From assembly GCA_023717525.1 (NCBI GenBank), contig JAMQPK010000159.1, forward strand, positions 19,284-83,283: a stretch of DNA of 64,000 nt, written 5' to 3'. The notes below the pieces were generated by a model. The model had not been told where the DNA came from. It searched no databases and saw only the letters and a list, made by a program, of their open reading frames with translations. The position numbers and the translations under genes were made by a program. Origin of the DNA: Vicinamibacterales bacterium. Its GTDB lineage: Bacteria > Acidobacteriota > Vicinamibacteria > Vicinamibacterales > JAMQPK01. Positions 28,106 through 37,260 of this stretch are shown here, piece after piece; position 1 is the first letter of the stretch, and each line of letters opens with the position of its first letter.

Positions 28106-29448
28106 TCGCTCCGGCGCGCGCGGCGGCCTTTACGGCGCTCGGCGATGTGAACGCGCGCCGCCACGACCTTCCCGCAGCCATCGCCGCGGTGCGGCCGACG
28201 CTGAACGATGAGCGCGACCGGGCTCTTGCTGCCGAGCTCGTCACCGGAACCCTGCGGTGGCAACGGCAGTTAGACGCCCTCATTGAGTATTTCTCGAAGC
28301 GTCCCACCGCGAGACTCGACTTTGCGGTTCTGCAGATCCTGCGTCTCGGCGCCTATCAGCTCATTCATCTCGATCGTGTGCCTGCGTCGGCCGCTGTGAA
28401 CGACGCGGTGGCCCTGACGAAACGCGCGAAGAAGACCAGCGCCGCCGGGCTCGTGAACGCTGTCCTGCGCGCGATTGCCGCGAATCGAACCGCCCTTCCG
28501 CTTCCGAACGAGACCGATCCGCTCTCGTATCTTGAGATCTCGCTGTCGCACCCGCGATGGCTTGCCGCCAGATGGTTGCGCCGGCTCGGGCTAAGCGCGG
28601 CGACCGAGCGCGAGACGTTCAATAACTCTGCGGCTCCGCTCACCATTCGCGTCAACCGGCTCAAGGCGAGTCCGTTGCAGGTGATGGAAGGGCTCGGTCA
28701 GCACGGCGTCGAGGTCGTAAAGGCCCGATTCGCGCCAGACGGTTTCGTGGTGAAGAGCGGAAACCCACTGCGGACGCCGCTTGCCGGCACTGGAATGTTC
28801 TTCCTGCAGGATGAAGCGTCGCAGCTCGTGCCGCTGCTGGCCGCCGTGCGGCCGGGCATGCGCGTCCTCGACGCGTGCGCATCGCCTGGAGGCAAGACAA
28901 CCGCGATGGCGGCGGCAGCCGAAGATCGCGCGCGCATTGTCGCCGCCGACCTCAGAAGCGCGCGTATGCGGCTGCTGAGGGAAACAGTGCAATCGAGCGG
29001 CGCGGCGAGCGTCAGCCTTCTGCAGACTGATCTCGAATTCGGACTGCCTTTCCCCCAAATCTTCGACGTGGTCTTCGTCGATGCGCCGTGCTCCGGTCTC
29101 GGCACGATTCGACGCGATCCGGACATTCGCTGGCGGCGCCAGGAAAGCGACTTCGCAGGTCTTGCCGACGCACAGGGCCGCATGATCCGCAACGCAGCTC
29201 AGACCGTGCGTCCCGGTGGCACGCTCGTTTATTCGACGTGCTCGAGCGAGCCCGAGGAGAACGACGAGGTGCTCGCGCGTTTTCTCGACGATACGCCGTC
29301 GTTCGAGGCCATCGACATTCGCCGTCAGGCAGGGCCGCATCTCGCGGCGCTCGAACCGGTCCTCGACGACCGCGGTTTTCTGCGCACGCTACCCGAACGG
29401 CACGGCCTCGAGGCATTCTTCGGAGCCGCCCTGCGTCGTGTAAAATAA
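28102..29448 (+). CDS. rsmB: 16S rRNA (cytosine967-C5)-methyltransferase
   Basis: N-terminal NusB-like domain plus the SAM MTase motifs DACASPGGKT and DAPCSGLGTIRR. Confidence 0.9.
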   Translation: MIAPARAAAFTALGDVNARRHDLPAAIAAVRPTLNDERDRALAAELVTGTLRWQRQLDALIEYFSKRPTARLDFAVLQILRLGAYQLIHLDRVPASAAVNDAVALTKRAKKTSAAGLVNAVLRAIAANRTALPLPNETDPLSYLEISLSHPRWLAARWLRRLGLSAATERETFNNSAAPLTIRVNRLKASPLQVMEGLGQHGVEVVKARFAPDGFVVKSGNPLRTPLAGTGMFFLQDEASQLVPLLAAVRPGMRVLDACASPGGKTTAMAAAAEDRARIVAADLRSARMRLLRETVQSSGAASVSLLQTDLEFGLPFPQIFDVVFVDAPCSGLGTIRRDPDIRWRRQESDFAGLADAQGRMIRNAAQTVRPGGTLVYSTCSSEPEENDEVLARFLDDTPSFEAIDIRRQAGPHLAALEPVLDDRGFLRTLPERHGLEAFFGAALRRVK

Positions 29449-29457
29449 CAGGGCTGC

Positions 29458-30180
29458 ATGCAGTTCAAGACCCGCGTCTGGGGCGCCGGCCGGCTCCTCG
29501 CCATCACGGCCTGTCTCGTGGCCACGTATCTCCTCTTTGCAGTCACCGCCATGCGGGTTGCGCTCAAGGTTAGCGAGGTGCCGGTACCCGATTTGCGGAA
29601 CCACACGGTCGCCGACGCGACCGCGACCCTTGCCGCGGAGGGGCTCGTGCTGAAGGTCGACGCTGCCCCGCGACTGGATCCGAAGGTGCCCGCCGGCCGT
29701 ATCGCCCTTCAGGAACCGGCGCCCGCCACAATCTCGAGGCGGCAACGAAGTATCAAGGTGTGGCTGAGCAGGGGGCCGCGCGTCACGGTCATTCCATCGC
29801 TGACCGGCGAGAGCGAACGAAGCGCGACCTTGCGATTACAGGAAGACGGGCTTGCCGTGACGTCGATCGCGGAGGTTCGATCGGCCGACTATCCCAGTGG
29901 ATCCATCATCGCCCAGGAACCTCCGGGCGCCGCGCGGGGAACAGAGGTCGCGCTGTTGGTCAATCGCGGCGAGCAGGGTCACCGCTACGTGATGCCGGAT
30001 CTCATCGGCGTCTCCGGGTCGCGTGCCGTCGACGTCATGCGCGCCAGGGGATTTCGCGTGACGATTGTGCGGGAACTGCCCTATCCCGGCATCCCAGCCG
30101 GCATTGTCCTCCGCCAATACCCGTCCGCTGGATTTCAGATTGCGGCTGGAGAACCCGTCTCGCTCGAGGTCAGCCATTGA
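29458..30180 (+). CDS. membrane-anchored PASTA-domain protein (no kinase domain)
   Basis: One N-terminal TM helix followed by three PASTA-like repeats (VPDL.., IPSLTG.., MPDLIG..). Confidence 0.85.
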   Translation: MQFKTRVWGAGRLLAITACLVATYLLFAVTAMRVALKVSEVPVPDLRNHTVADATATLAAEGLVLKVDAAPRLDPKVPAGRIALQEPAPATISRRQRSIKVWLSRGPRVTVIPSLTGESERSATLRLQEDGLAVTSIAEVRSADYPSGSIIAQEPPGAARGTEVALLVNRGEQGHRYVMPDLIGVSGSRAVDVMRARGFRVTIVRELPYPGIPAGIVLRQYPSAGFQIAAGEPVSLEVSH

Positions 30181-30848
30181 CAGCGCGCATCGCCCCATCC
30201 ATTCTGTCGGCCGATTTTGCGTCTCTGGGTGCGGCCATCGCGACCGCCGAGAGGGGTGGAGCCGACCTGATTCACATCGACGTGATGGACGGCCACTTCG
30301 TGCCGAACATCACGATCGGCCCGCTCGTCGTGAAATCGATCAAGCGCGTTGCGAAGGTGCCGCTCGACGTCCACTTGATGATTACCGATCCCGATAAGTA
30401 CGCCGGTGCATTTGCCGATGCAGGCGCCGACATGATTTCCGTGCATGTCGAAGTGCTCCCTCACTTGCATCGATCGATCGCGTACCTGAAGAGCCTCGGC
30501 GTCCAGGCCGGAGTCGTGTTGAATCCATCGACGCCGGTCGTCGCCATTGAAGAGGTCGTAGCCGATGTCGACTTCGTCCTGGTGATGTCGGTGAACCCCG
30601 GATTCGGGGGACAGAAATTCATTCCCCGCAGCGAGCAGAAAGTCCGCGCCGTCCGGGCCCTGCTCGATCGAGCCGGCAACAAGGCGCCCGTCGAAATCGA
30701 TGGCGGCATCGATCTCTCGAATATCGCCCTCGTTGTGGAAGCTGGCGTCGAGATCGTCGTGGCTGGATCCGCGATCTTTCATGCTCCCGATCCGGCCGCG
30801 GCCACCAAGGCGCTGAAGGATGCTGCCCGGTCGGCTGCCCTCCGATGA
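30177..30848 (+). CDS. rpe: ribulose-phosphate 3-epimerase
   Basis: The TTG start at 30177 gives LTARIAPSILSADF...IHIDVMDGHFVPN. The long 5' part of the 29760 ORF is an alternate frame of the PASTA gene. Confidence 0.95.
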   Translation: MTARIAPSILSADFASLGAAIATAERGGADLIHIDVMDGHFVPNITIGPLVVKSIKRVAKVPLDVHLMITDPDKYAGAFADAGADMISVHVEVLPHLHRSIAYLKSLGVQAGVVLNPSTPVVAIEEVVADVDFVLVMSVNPGFGGQKFIPRSEQKVRAVRALLDRAGNKAPVEIDGGIDLSNIALVVEAGVEIVVAGSAIFHAPDPAAATKALKDAARSAALR

Positions 30849-31258
30849 CCGATACGCCGTCCTCGCCTCCGTGCGCCATCAATGTTCGAGTGCGCTACGC
30901 CGAAACCGACAAGATGGGCGTCGTCTACCATGCGAACTACTTTGTGTGGTTTGAAGTGGGACGCTGTGAACTCATCCGCGCGATCGGCAAGAGCTATCGC
31001 GACCTCGAGAACGAGGGAATCGGTCTGCCCGTCATCGAGGCTCACTGCGAATACAAATCGCCAGCGAGGTATGACGATGAACTGCAGGTGAAGACGTGGG
31101 GAAAACTGTTGTCCCCCGTACGGGTCGAGTTCCGCTACGAGGTCACGCGACTGTCTGATGGCGCCGTGAACGCCATCGGCCGCACGGAGCACGCGGCGAT
31201 CGACGAGCGAGGACGCCCGTGCCGCCTTCCCGACTACATAGGCGGTCTCCTCAAGTGA
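30845..31258 (+). CDS. acyl-CoA thioesterase (YbgC/4HBT family)
   Basis: 137 aa. VRYAETDKMGVVYHANY is the hotdog-fold signature. Confidence 0.85.
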   Translation: MTDTPSSPPCAINVRVRYAETDKMGVVYHANYFVWFEVGRCELIRAIGKSYRDLENEGIGLPVIEAHCEYKSPARYDDELQVKTWGKLLSPVRVEFRYEVTRLSDGAVNAIGRTEHAAIDERGRPCRLPDYIGGLLK

Positions 31259-32190
31259 ACGCACTCGTAACCGGCGCGGCCGGCTTTATCGGCTCAAACT
31301 TGTGTGCGGCGCTGCTCGATTCCGGCTCGGCCGTGACGGCCATCGATTCCTTTACCGACTACTATCCCCGCCCTTTGAAGGAGGCCAATCTCTCCACGTT
31401 GGAGGGCCGTTCGGGCTTCACGTTTGTCGAAGGCGCCGTCCAGGAGATTGATCTGAAGCCGCTTCTGGCCGGAATCACCCACATTTTCCACCTGGCTGCC
31501 CAGGCCGGCGTCCGGAAAAGCTGGGGGCGCGCCTTCGACGTCTATACAAGGAACAACGTCGAGGCGAGTCAGCGCCTTCTGGAGGCCATCGTGGGTCTGC
31601 CGGTCGAACGCTTCGTGTATGCCTCGAGCTCATCGGTGTATGGAGACCACGTCGCGCTGCCTATGAAGGAAGATGCGTACTTGCAACCGCTGTCGCCGTA
31701 CGGCGTGTCGAAGCTCGCGGGCGAGCACCTCGCGCACTTGTACTGGGCGAACTACGGAGTCCCAGCCGTCTCCCTGCGATATTTCACGGTCTATGGTCCG
31801 CGGCAACGGCCGGACATGGGGTTCCATCGTTTCTTTACGGCTGTGAAGCAGAACCAGGCGATTAGCGTCTACGGCGACGGAGAGCAGACCCGCGACTTCA
31901 CCTTCGTCGGCGACACGGTAGTGGCGACGATGGCGGCTGCAAGTCGCGGAATTCCGGGGCGCGTGTACAATGTTGGCGGTGGTTCACGCGTGTCGCTGAA
32001 CCATGTTCTCGACTTGATATCGAAGGTGACCGGACGCCCGGTTGCCATTCACCGCGAGCCCGATCAGAAGGGCGACATGCGCCACACTTACGCCGACACG
32101 TCGGCCGCGCGGCGCGATCTTGGCTTTGTCCCGCGCGTCAGCCTCGAAGAAGGCCTCACGCAGCAGTATCGCTGGATGTCGAATGTATAG
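31255..32190 (+). CDS. NAD-dependent epimerase/dehydratase
   Basis: GTG start (GTGA overlap) with VTGAAGFIGSNL and the catalytic PYGVSK motif. Confidence 0.85.
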   Translation: MNALVTGAAGFIGSNLCAALLDSGSAVTAIDSFTDYYPRPLKEANLSTLEGRSGFTFVEGAVQEIDLKPLLAGITHIFHLAAQAGVRKSWGRAFDVYTRNNVEASQRLLEAIVGLPVERFVYASSSSVYGDHVALPMKEDAYLQPLSPYGVSKLAGEHLAHLYWANYGVPAVSLRYFTVYGPRQRPDMGFHRFFTAVKQNQAISVYGDGEQTRDFTFVGDTVVATMAAASRGIPGRVYNVGGGSRVSLNHVLDLISKVTGRPVAIHREPDQKGDMRHTYADTSAARRDLGFVPRVSLEEGLTQQYRWMSNV

Positions 32191-32983
32191 AGTTCCTCTT
32201 CGCGCGCTCAGATCTCTGGCGCTGGCTACGGCTGTGGCGCTTGGGGTCGCGGCGTGCGCTTCGAGCAGCGCAGTCCCTTCTGGACCTGCCGAAGCGGACA
32301 AGGTGCTCCTCGACCGTGGGAATGAAGCCCTGGCGGCAAAGAAGTGGAGTTCGGCGAGGCAGTACTTCTCGAAGCTGCTCGAGGGCTACCCCCAGAGCCA
32401 ATACCGGGCAGATGCCAAGCTCGGCGTTGGCGATACCTATCTCGGCGAGAACAACAGCGCGTCGTACGTCTACGCCATTAACGAATATCGAGAGTTTCTT
32501 TCCTTCTACCCGACGAACCCCAGGGCCGACTACGCGCAATACCAACTTGGCATCGTCCACCTGAAGCAGATGCTCTCACCGCAACGTGATCAGACAGAAA
32601 CCAAAGAGGCCGTTCACGAGTTTCAAGTCTTTCTCGAGCGCTACCCCGACAGTGCCCTCTTGCCCCAGGCCAAAGAGCGCCTGCGGGAGGCCCGGGATCG
32701 CCTGTCCGATGGAGAGCTCCAGGTGGGCACCTTCTACCTCCGGATAGGCCTCTACTCGTCGGCCGTTCCACGCTTCCGTGCACTGCTCGAAGCGGACCCG
32801 GAATACACGCGACGAGACGCACTCTACTTCCACCTGGCAGACACGCTCGAAAAGGGCTCCAAGCCGATTGAAGCCCTGCCGTACTATGAGCGCCTCGTAA
32901 GGGAGTTCGAGCGCAGCGAGTTCCTTGACGAAGCCAGACGCCGGATCGACCTCCTGAAGCCAAAAACCCCCGCAGAGCCGTAA
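32183..32983 (+). CDS. bamD: outer membrane protein assembly factor BamD-like lipoprotein
   Basis: Lipoprotein signal (LGVAAC) and TPR-like BamD/YfiO repeats (YPxSxYxxDA). Confidence 0.8.
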   Translation: MYRVPLRALRSLALATAVALGVAACASSSAVPSGPAEADKVLLDRGNEALAAKKWSSARQYFSKLLEGYPQSQYRADAKLGVGDTYLGENNSASYVYAINEYREFLSFYPTNPRADYAQYQLGIVHLKQMLSPQRDQTETKEAVHEFQVFLERYPDSALLPQAKERLREARDRLSDGELQVGTFYLRIGLYSSAVPRFRALLEADPEYTRRDALYFHLADTLEKGSKPIEALPYYERLVREFERSEFLDEARRRIDLLKPKTPAEP

Positions 32984-33056
32984 ACGGCCCTGGCTGGCAC
33001 TCCGCCTAGCGGAAACGCCCGAAAAGTCCGAAAAGATAACTGAAGGAAGGATCTCG

Positions 33057-33893
33057 ATGCGTCATTCCCGAGCTGTTATCTTCGGTTGCCTCGTAATGCT
33101 CACGGTTGCACCAGCGGCCGTCGCCCAGACTCCGGCCCCTGTGCCCGCTGATGCACAGGCTCTCGTTCCGCCGCCTAAATGGGCATTCATCGACGTGGCG
33201 TGCGCCCCTTCTGAATCGAAGACGGCTCCAACGGGAGATCTGCGGGTTCTCGGAGTGCAGGACACCGGGATCAAGGACCAGATGTCCCCGGGAGACACGA
33301 TCGTCGTCAGTGGCGGTTCGAATGCCGGGCTTCAGCCAGGCGATCGCTTTTACGTGCGCCGATTCATCCGCACGTTCGGCAACATGAGAGGACCGGACGA
33401 GCAGCATCCTCTTTCGGTACACACCGCGGGCTGGATACAGATTCTCGGCGTCGACACGACGCTCGCGACCGCCACGATCGTTCAGGCGTGCGACGGCATC
33501 CTGCTGGACGACTTTCTGGAACCCTACGTTCCTCCAACCGTTGCGGCGCGTCCCATTCCCGGCAACATGCCGGTGTACGACAACATGGGGCATATCAGGA
33601 TCGGCGTCGACGGCAGTCAAGCGATCGCCATCGGACAGATGGTGACCATCGATCGCGGTACGAACCACGGCGTCGTTCCGGGACAGCGATTTCTCGTCTT
33701 CCGCGACAAGCGCAATATGCCCGTGCAGACCGTCGGCAAATCGGCGACGTTCGTGCAGGCCAGCAGTCAGATTCCGCTGGTTGAAATTGGCGAGGTGATG
33801 GTGGTTTCGGTGCGCGCTGATGACGCGACCGTGCAGGTGCTGGCGCAGAAAGACGCTATCTTCACTGGCGACCTGATCGCGATGATTCGCTAG
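33057..33893 (+). CDS. secreted hypothetical protein
   Basis: 278 aa with a signal peptide ending AVAQ. No family was recognised from the sequence. Confidence 0.6.
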   Translation: MRHSRAVIFGCLVMLTVAPAAVAQTPAPVPADAQALVPPPKWAFIDVACAPSESKTAPTGDLRVLGVQDTGIKDQMSPGDTIVVSGGSNAGLQPGDRFYVRRFIRTFGNMRGPDEQHPLSVHTAGWIQILGVDTTLATATIVQACDGILLDDFLEPYVPPTVAARPIPGNMPVYDNMGHIRIGVDGSQAIAIGQMVTIDRGTNHGVVPGQRFLVFRDKRNMPVQTVGKSATFVQASSQIPLVEIGEVMVVSVRADDATVQVLAQKDAIFTGDLIAMIR

Positions 33894-34444
33894 GCAGGCA
33901 CCTGGCTGAATCGGCGGTAGTAGTCACCCGCCGAGATCAGCGCCGTCGCCACAACGACCCACAGGGCCGCATTGCCGATCATGGCGAGCGGTCTCATCCT
34001 CTCCTCTTCTCCGAGAATCAGCGCAAGAATCGCGACCACCTGGGCGACCATCTTGATCTTGCCCAGCGGCGACGCTGGAATGACCGTGCCGCGCGCGTAG
34101 GCGATGCTGCGCAGCGTCGTGACAGCGAATTCCCGCCCGATAATCACCGCGACCATCCATGCCGGTGCGAGCCCCATTTGGATCAGCGAGATGAACGCCG
34201 CAGACGTCAGCAGCTTATCGGCGACCGGATCCATCATCTGGCCGAGCGCGGTGACTTGTTTGCGCCGGCGCGCAAGGTAGCCGTCGAGCCAATCGGTGAG
34301 CGAGGCCAGCCCGAAAATCGCCGCGGCCACCAGCTCCTTCCGCACACCGAAAATGAGACGTCCTTCGAACTTTGTGAGGAGAACGACGACAAGCAGCGGC
34401 ACGAGAAAAATTCTCGTGACCGTAAGGGCGTTCGGCAGGTTCAA
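33890..34444 (-). CDS. pgsA: CDP-diacylglycerol--glycerol-3-phosphate 3-phosphatidyltransferase
   Basis: CDP-alcohol phosphotransferase motif D..DG..AR....T..G...D...D. The probable TTG start is at 34444 (LNLPNALT), and the ORF extends to 34555. Confidence 0.85.
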   Translation of the reverse strand: MNLPNALTVTRIFLVPLLVVVLLTKFEGRLIFGVRKELVAAAIFGLASLTDWLDGYLARRRKQVTALGQMMDPVADKLLTSAAFISLIQMGLAPAWMVAVIIGREFAVTTLRSIAYARGTVIPASPLGKIKMVAQVVAILALILGEEERMRPLAMIGNAALWVVVATALISAGDYYRRFSQVPA

Positions 34445-34506
34445 GCGTCCTTGCAAGGCAGGGCTGATTTTAGCGCAGTTGGATGCAGTATGATTTTGCT
34501 CGCGAT

Positions 34507-35559
34507 ATGAAGGCGCTTTTGCTCGTCGGCGGCCAGGGCACACGTCTTCGGCCACTGACTATCAACCAGCCAAAATCGATCGTTCCCATCTTCAACCGCC
34601 CGTTTCTCCATTACCAACTGGATCTGATCAAGCAGGTACCGGAGATCGACGAGGTGATTCTGAGTCTGAACTACCAGCCGAGCCGCATTCAGGACGTCTT
34701 CGGCGACGGTCGCGATGCCGGCATCAAGCTCCGCTATGTGGTGGAGCCGACGCCGCTCGGGACAGCCGGCGGTGTGAAGTACGCCGCCAGAGGCGTAGAA
34801 GAGACTCTCGTCGTGTTCAACGGCGATGTGTTGACGCAGGTAGATCTCGCCAGCCTCATCGCGTTTCACCGCGAGCGGCGCGCCCGCGCGACCATCGTGC
34901 TGACGCCGGTCGACAATCCGACGGCCTATGGACTGGTAGAAACCGACCCGGCGGGTAATATCCTGCGTTTCCTGGAGAAGCCGAAGGCCGACGAAATCAC
35001 GTGCAATACCATCAACGCCGGAATTTACGTGCTCGAGCCTTCGACGTTCGACCGTAGTCCCGACGCGGTCGCCTGGTCAATCGAGCGCAGTTTCTTCCCG
35101 TCGTTCATCGAACGCCACGAAACGTTCCTCGCGTCGATCTATCGCGACTACTGGATCGATATCGGCACACCGGAGAAGTACATGCAAGTGCACCGCGACA
35201 TCATGGACGGCCGGTACGCGATGCCGCCTTTCAATGGGAAGCCCGGCCTGTCGTGGGTGTCGCCCGGGGCACGGGTCGACGCTGGCGCGAAAGTTGACGC
35301 GCCGGCATTCATCGATGAGGGATGTATCGTGCGAGCGGGCGCGCACGTTGGCGCCCATACGGTGCTGGGGCGAGGTTGCCGCGTGGATGAGGGCGCTGGT
35401 GTCGCTGGTTCCATCGTCTGGCCCGAGACGCACATAGAGCGCGAGGCCCAAGTGCGAGACGTCATCATCGGGCGTGAGAGCCATATCGGCCGCAATGCGA
35501 CGATCGATGGCGGCGTGCTGGGAGACAAGAGCGATGTCGCGGGATACTCTCGAATATAG
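34507..35559 (+). CDS. NDP-sugar pyrophosphorylase (mannose-1-phosphate guanylyltransferase-like) with C-terminal left-handed beta-helix
   Basis: MKALLLVGGQGTRLRPLT nucleotidyltransferase signature. An upstream in-frame ATG at 34483 is also possible. Confidence 0.85.
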   Translation: MKALLLVGGQGTRLRPLTINQPKSIVPIFNRPFLHYQLDLIKQVPEIDEVILSLNYQPSRIQDVFGDGRDAGIKLRYVVEPTPLGTAGGVKYAARGVEETLVVFNGDVLTQVDLASLIAFHRERRARATIVLTPVDNPTAYGLVETDPAGNILRFLEKPKADEITCNTINAGIYVLEPSTFDRSPDAVAWSIERSFFPSFIERHETFLASIYRDYWIDIGTPEKYMQVHRDIMDGRYAMPPFNGKPGLSWVSPGARVDAGAKVDAPAFIDEGCIVRAGAHVGAHTVLGRGCRVDEGAGVAGSIVWPETHIEREAQVRDVIIGRESHIGRNATIDGGVLGDKSDVAGYSRI

Positions 35560-35670
35560 GTCCTTCGGCCTTGGTCCTTGGTTCTTGGTCCCAGCCGACC
35601 AACGACGAACGACTGAGACTAACGACCAACGACTGGGACCAACGACGAACGACCAACGACCAACGACTGA
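35559..35670. repeat. heptamer-periodic imperfect palindrome between the NDP-sugar synthase and phosphomannomutase genes
   Basis: The left arm GGTCCTT CGGCCTT GGTCCTT GGTTCTT GGTCCCA is followed by about 11 units of GACCAAC/GACGAAC type. The arms are complementary at about 6 of 7 positions per unit. The element starts within the stop codon. Confidence 0.7.
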
Positions 35671-35673
35671 TTT

Positions 35674-37023
35674 ATGAACCAGAGTATTTTCAAAGCCTAC
35701 GACGTCCGCGGTCTTTATCCCTCAGAGCTGGACGAAGCCGCCTACTACGACATCGGCCGGGCGTTCGTCACGTTTCTGAACGCCAGGACCATTGGCGTTG
35801 GGCGGGACATGCGCGTGTCTTCGCCGTCTCTCGCGGCGGCGTTCATCGACGGTGCAACCAGGCAGGGGTGCAACGTCGTCGATTACGGGATGATCGCCAC
35901 CGACATGATCTACTACGGTGTCGCCAGCGACGATCTCGATGGCGGAGCGCAAATCACGGCCTCTCACAACCCCAAGCAGTACAACGGCTGCAAGATGGTG
36001 GGCCGCGGGAATGTGCCGCTCAGCGGCGACAGCGGCATCTCGGATATCCGCGACATGATCGCCGGCAACAAGATTCCGCCGGCGGCCGCCAGGCCCGGAT
36101 CCACGAGCTCTCGATCAATCCTCACTGGCTACGCGAAGCACGTGATGAGCTTCATCGACCCGTCGATCATCAAGCCCTTCAGAACCGTGCTCGATGCGGG
36201 CTGCGGCATGGCCGGTCTCGTCGCGCCGGAGCTGTTCAAGGCGTTGCCGGTGCAGGCTGACAAGCTCTGTTTCACGATCGACGGCACCTTCCCCACTCAC
36301 GAAGCCAACCCCCTGATCGAGGAGAACCGCCGCGACATCGTCGCCAGGGTAGTCGCCGACAAGGCCGACATCGGCATTGCCTGGGACGGCGACGCGGACC
36401 GTTGCTTCTTTATCGACGAGGACGGCGAATTCATTTCTGGCGACTTTGTGACCGCCCTTTTGTCTGAGGCATTCCTGCTGAAGGAGCAGGGTGCGACAGT
36501 CGTGTACGACCTTCGCGCCAGCCACGCCATCAAGGACGTGACTGCGAAGTACGGCGGCAAGGCCTACATGAACCGTGTCGGCCACGCGTTTTTCAAAGGC
36601 CGGATGCGCGAGCTGAATGCCGTCTTCGGCGGCGAAGTCACGGGACACTACTACTTCCGCGACAACTTCTACTGCGACAACGGCTTCATTCCCGCGCTCC
36701 TGATGCTCGAGTTGATGTCGAAGAAGAACCAGTCGCTGAAGCAGATGCTCGAGCCGCTCAGAAAGAAATACTTCATCTCGGGTGAGATCAACACGAAGAT
36801 GGCCAGCATGTCCGAGGTGGCCGGGCGACTCGAGACGATCGCGCAGCGATATCAGGACGCCAACCGCTACACGATGGATGGGATCTCCATCGAGTATCCC
36901 GACTGGCACTTCAATGTCAGGGCCTCGAACACGGAGCCGCTACTCCGTCTAAACCTCGAAGCGCAGAACCAGAAGATGATGGAAACGAAACGGGACGAAG
37001 TGCTGAAACTGATCCGGGGGTAG
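35674..37023 (+). CDS. phosphomannomutase/phosphoglucomutase
   Basis: 449 aa with the active-site motif TASHNP and the Mg-binding motif DGDADR. Confidence 0.9.
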   Translation: MNQSIFKAYDVRGLYPSELDEAAYYDIGRAFVTFLNARTIGVGRDMRVSSPSLAAAFIDGATRQGCNVVDYGMIATDMIYYGVASDDLDGGAQITASHNPKQYNGCKMVGRGNVPLSGDSGISDIRDMIAGNKIPPAAARPGSTSSRSILTGYAKHVMSFIDPSIIKPFRTVLDAGCGMAGLVAPELFKALPVQADKLCFTIDGTFPTHEANPLIEENRRDIVARVVADKADIGIAWDGDADRCFFIDEDGEFISGDFVTALLSEAFLLKEQGATVVYDLRASHAIKDVTAKYGGKAYMNRVGHAFFKGRMRELNAVFGGEVTGHYYFRDNFYCDNGFIPALLMLELMSKKNQSLKQMLEPLRKKYFISGEINTKMASMSEVAGRLETIAQRYQDANRYTMDGISIEYPDWHFNVRASNTEPLLRLNLEAQNQKMMETKRDEVLKLIRG

Positions 37024-37054
37024 ACGGCGAACGGTGAACCGTAGACGGTAAACG
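37020..37054. repeat. array of five heptamers GTAGACG GCGAACG GTGAACC GTAGACG GTAAACG
   Basis: Read directly from the sequence. It overlaps the TAG stop of the phosphomannomutase gene. The same unit family occurs inverted at 40045-40079. Confidence 0.65.
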
Positions 37055-37075
37055 GGTATAATTCCTTCCCAATCC

Positions 37076-37149
37076 GCGGGGTTAGCATAGTGGTAATGTT
37101 CTGGCTTCCCAAGCCAGCTAGGCGGGTTCGATTCCCGTACCCCGCTCCA
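37076..37149 (+). tRNA. tRNA-Gly (anticodon CCC)
   Basis: Manual cloverleaf: acceptor gcggggt/accccgc, anticodon stem ctggc/gccag with loop ttCCCaa, T-loop ttcgatt, encoded CCA. A TATAAT box lies at 37057-37062. Confidence 0.9.
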
Positions 37150-37260
37150 CGACGCCCAGAGGCAACGTCACGCGAACCCTCGCACCGCGCTGCTGGTATA
37201 CACTCGGTAATCATCAGACTTCGGGTCCTCACCGCGTTTGCCTTGTGTTGCGGCGTCCTG

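Noticed and set aside
32994-33011. CTGGCAC-N5-CTAGC, resembling a sigma-54 -24/-12 promoter upstream of the 33057 gene
   Set aside because: The -12 element does not match TTGC at the correct spacing. It is a single weak hit with no supporting UAS.
35559-35670. Short tandem repeats considered as a possible CRISPR array
   Set aside because: The units are 7 nt and contiguous with no spacers, there are no cas genes, and the arrays are palindromic. This is not CRISPR.
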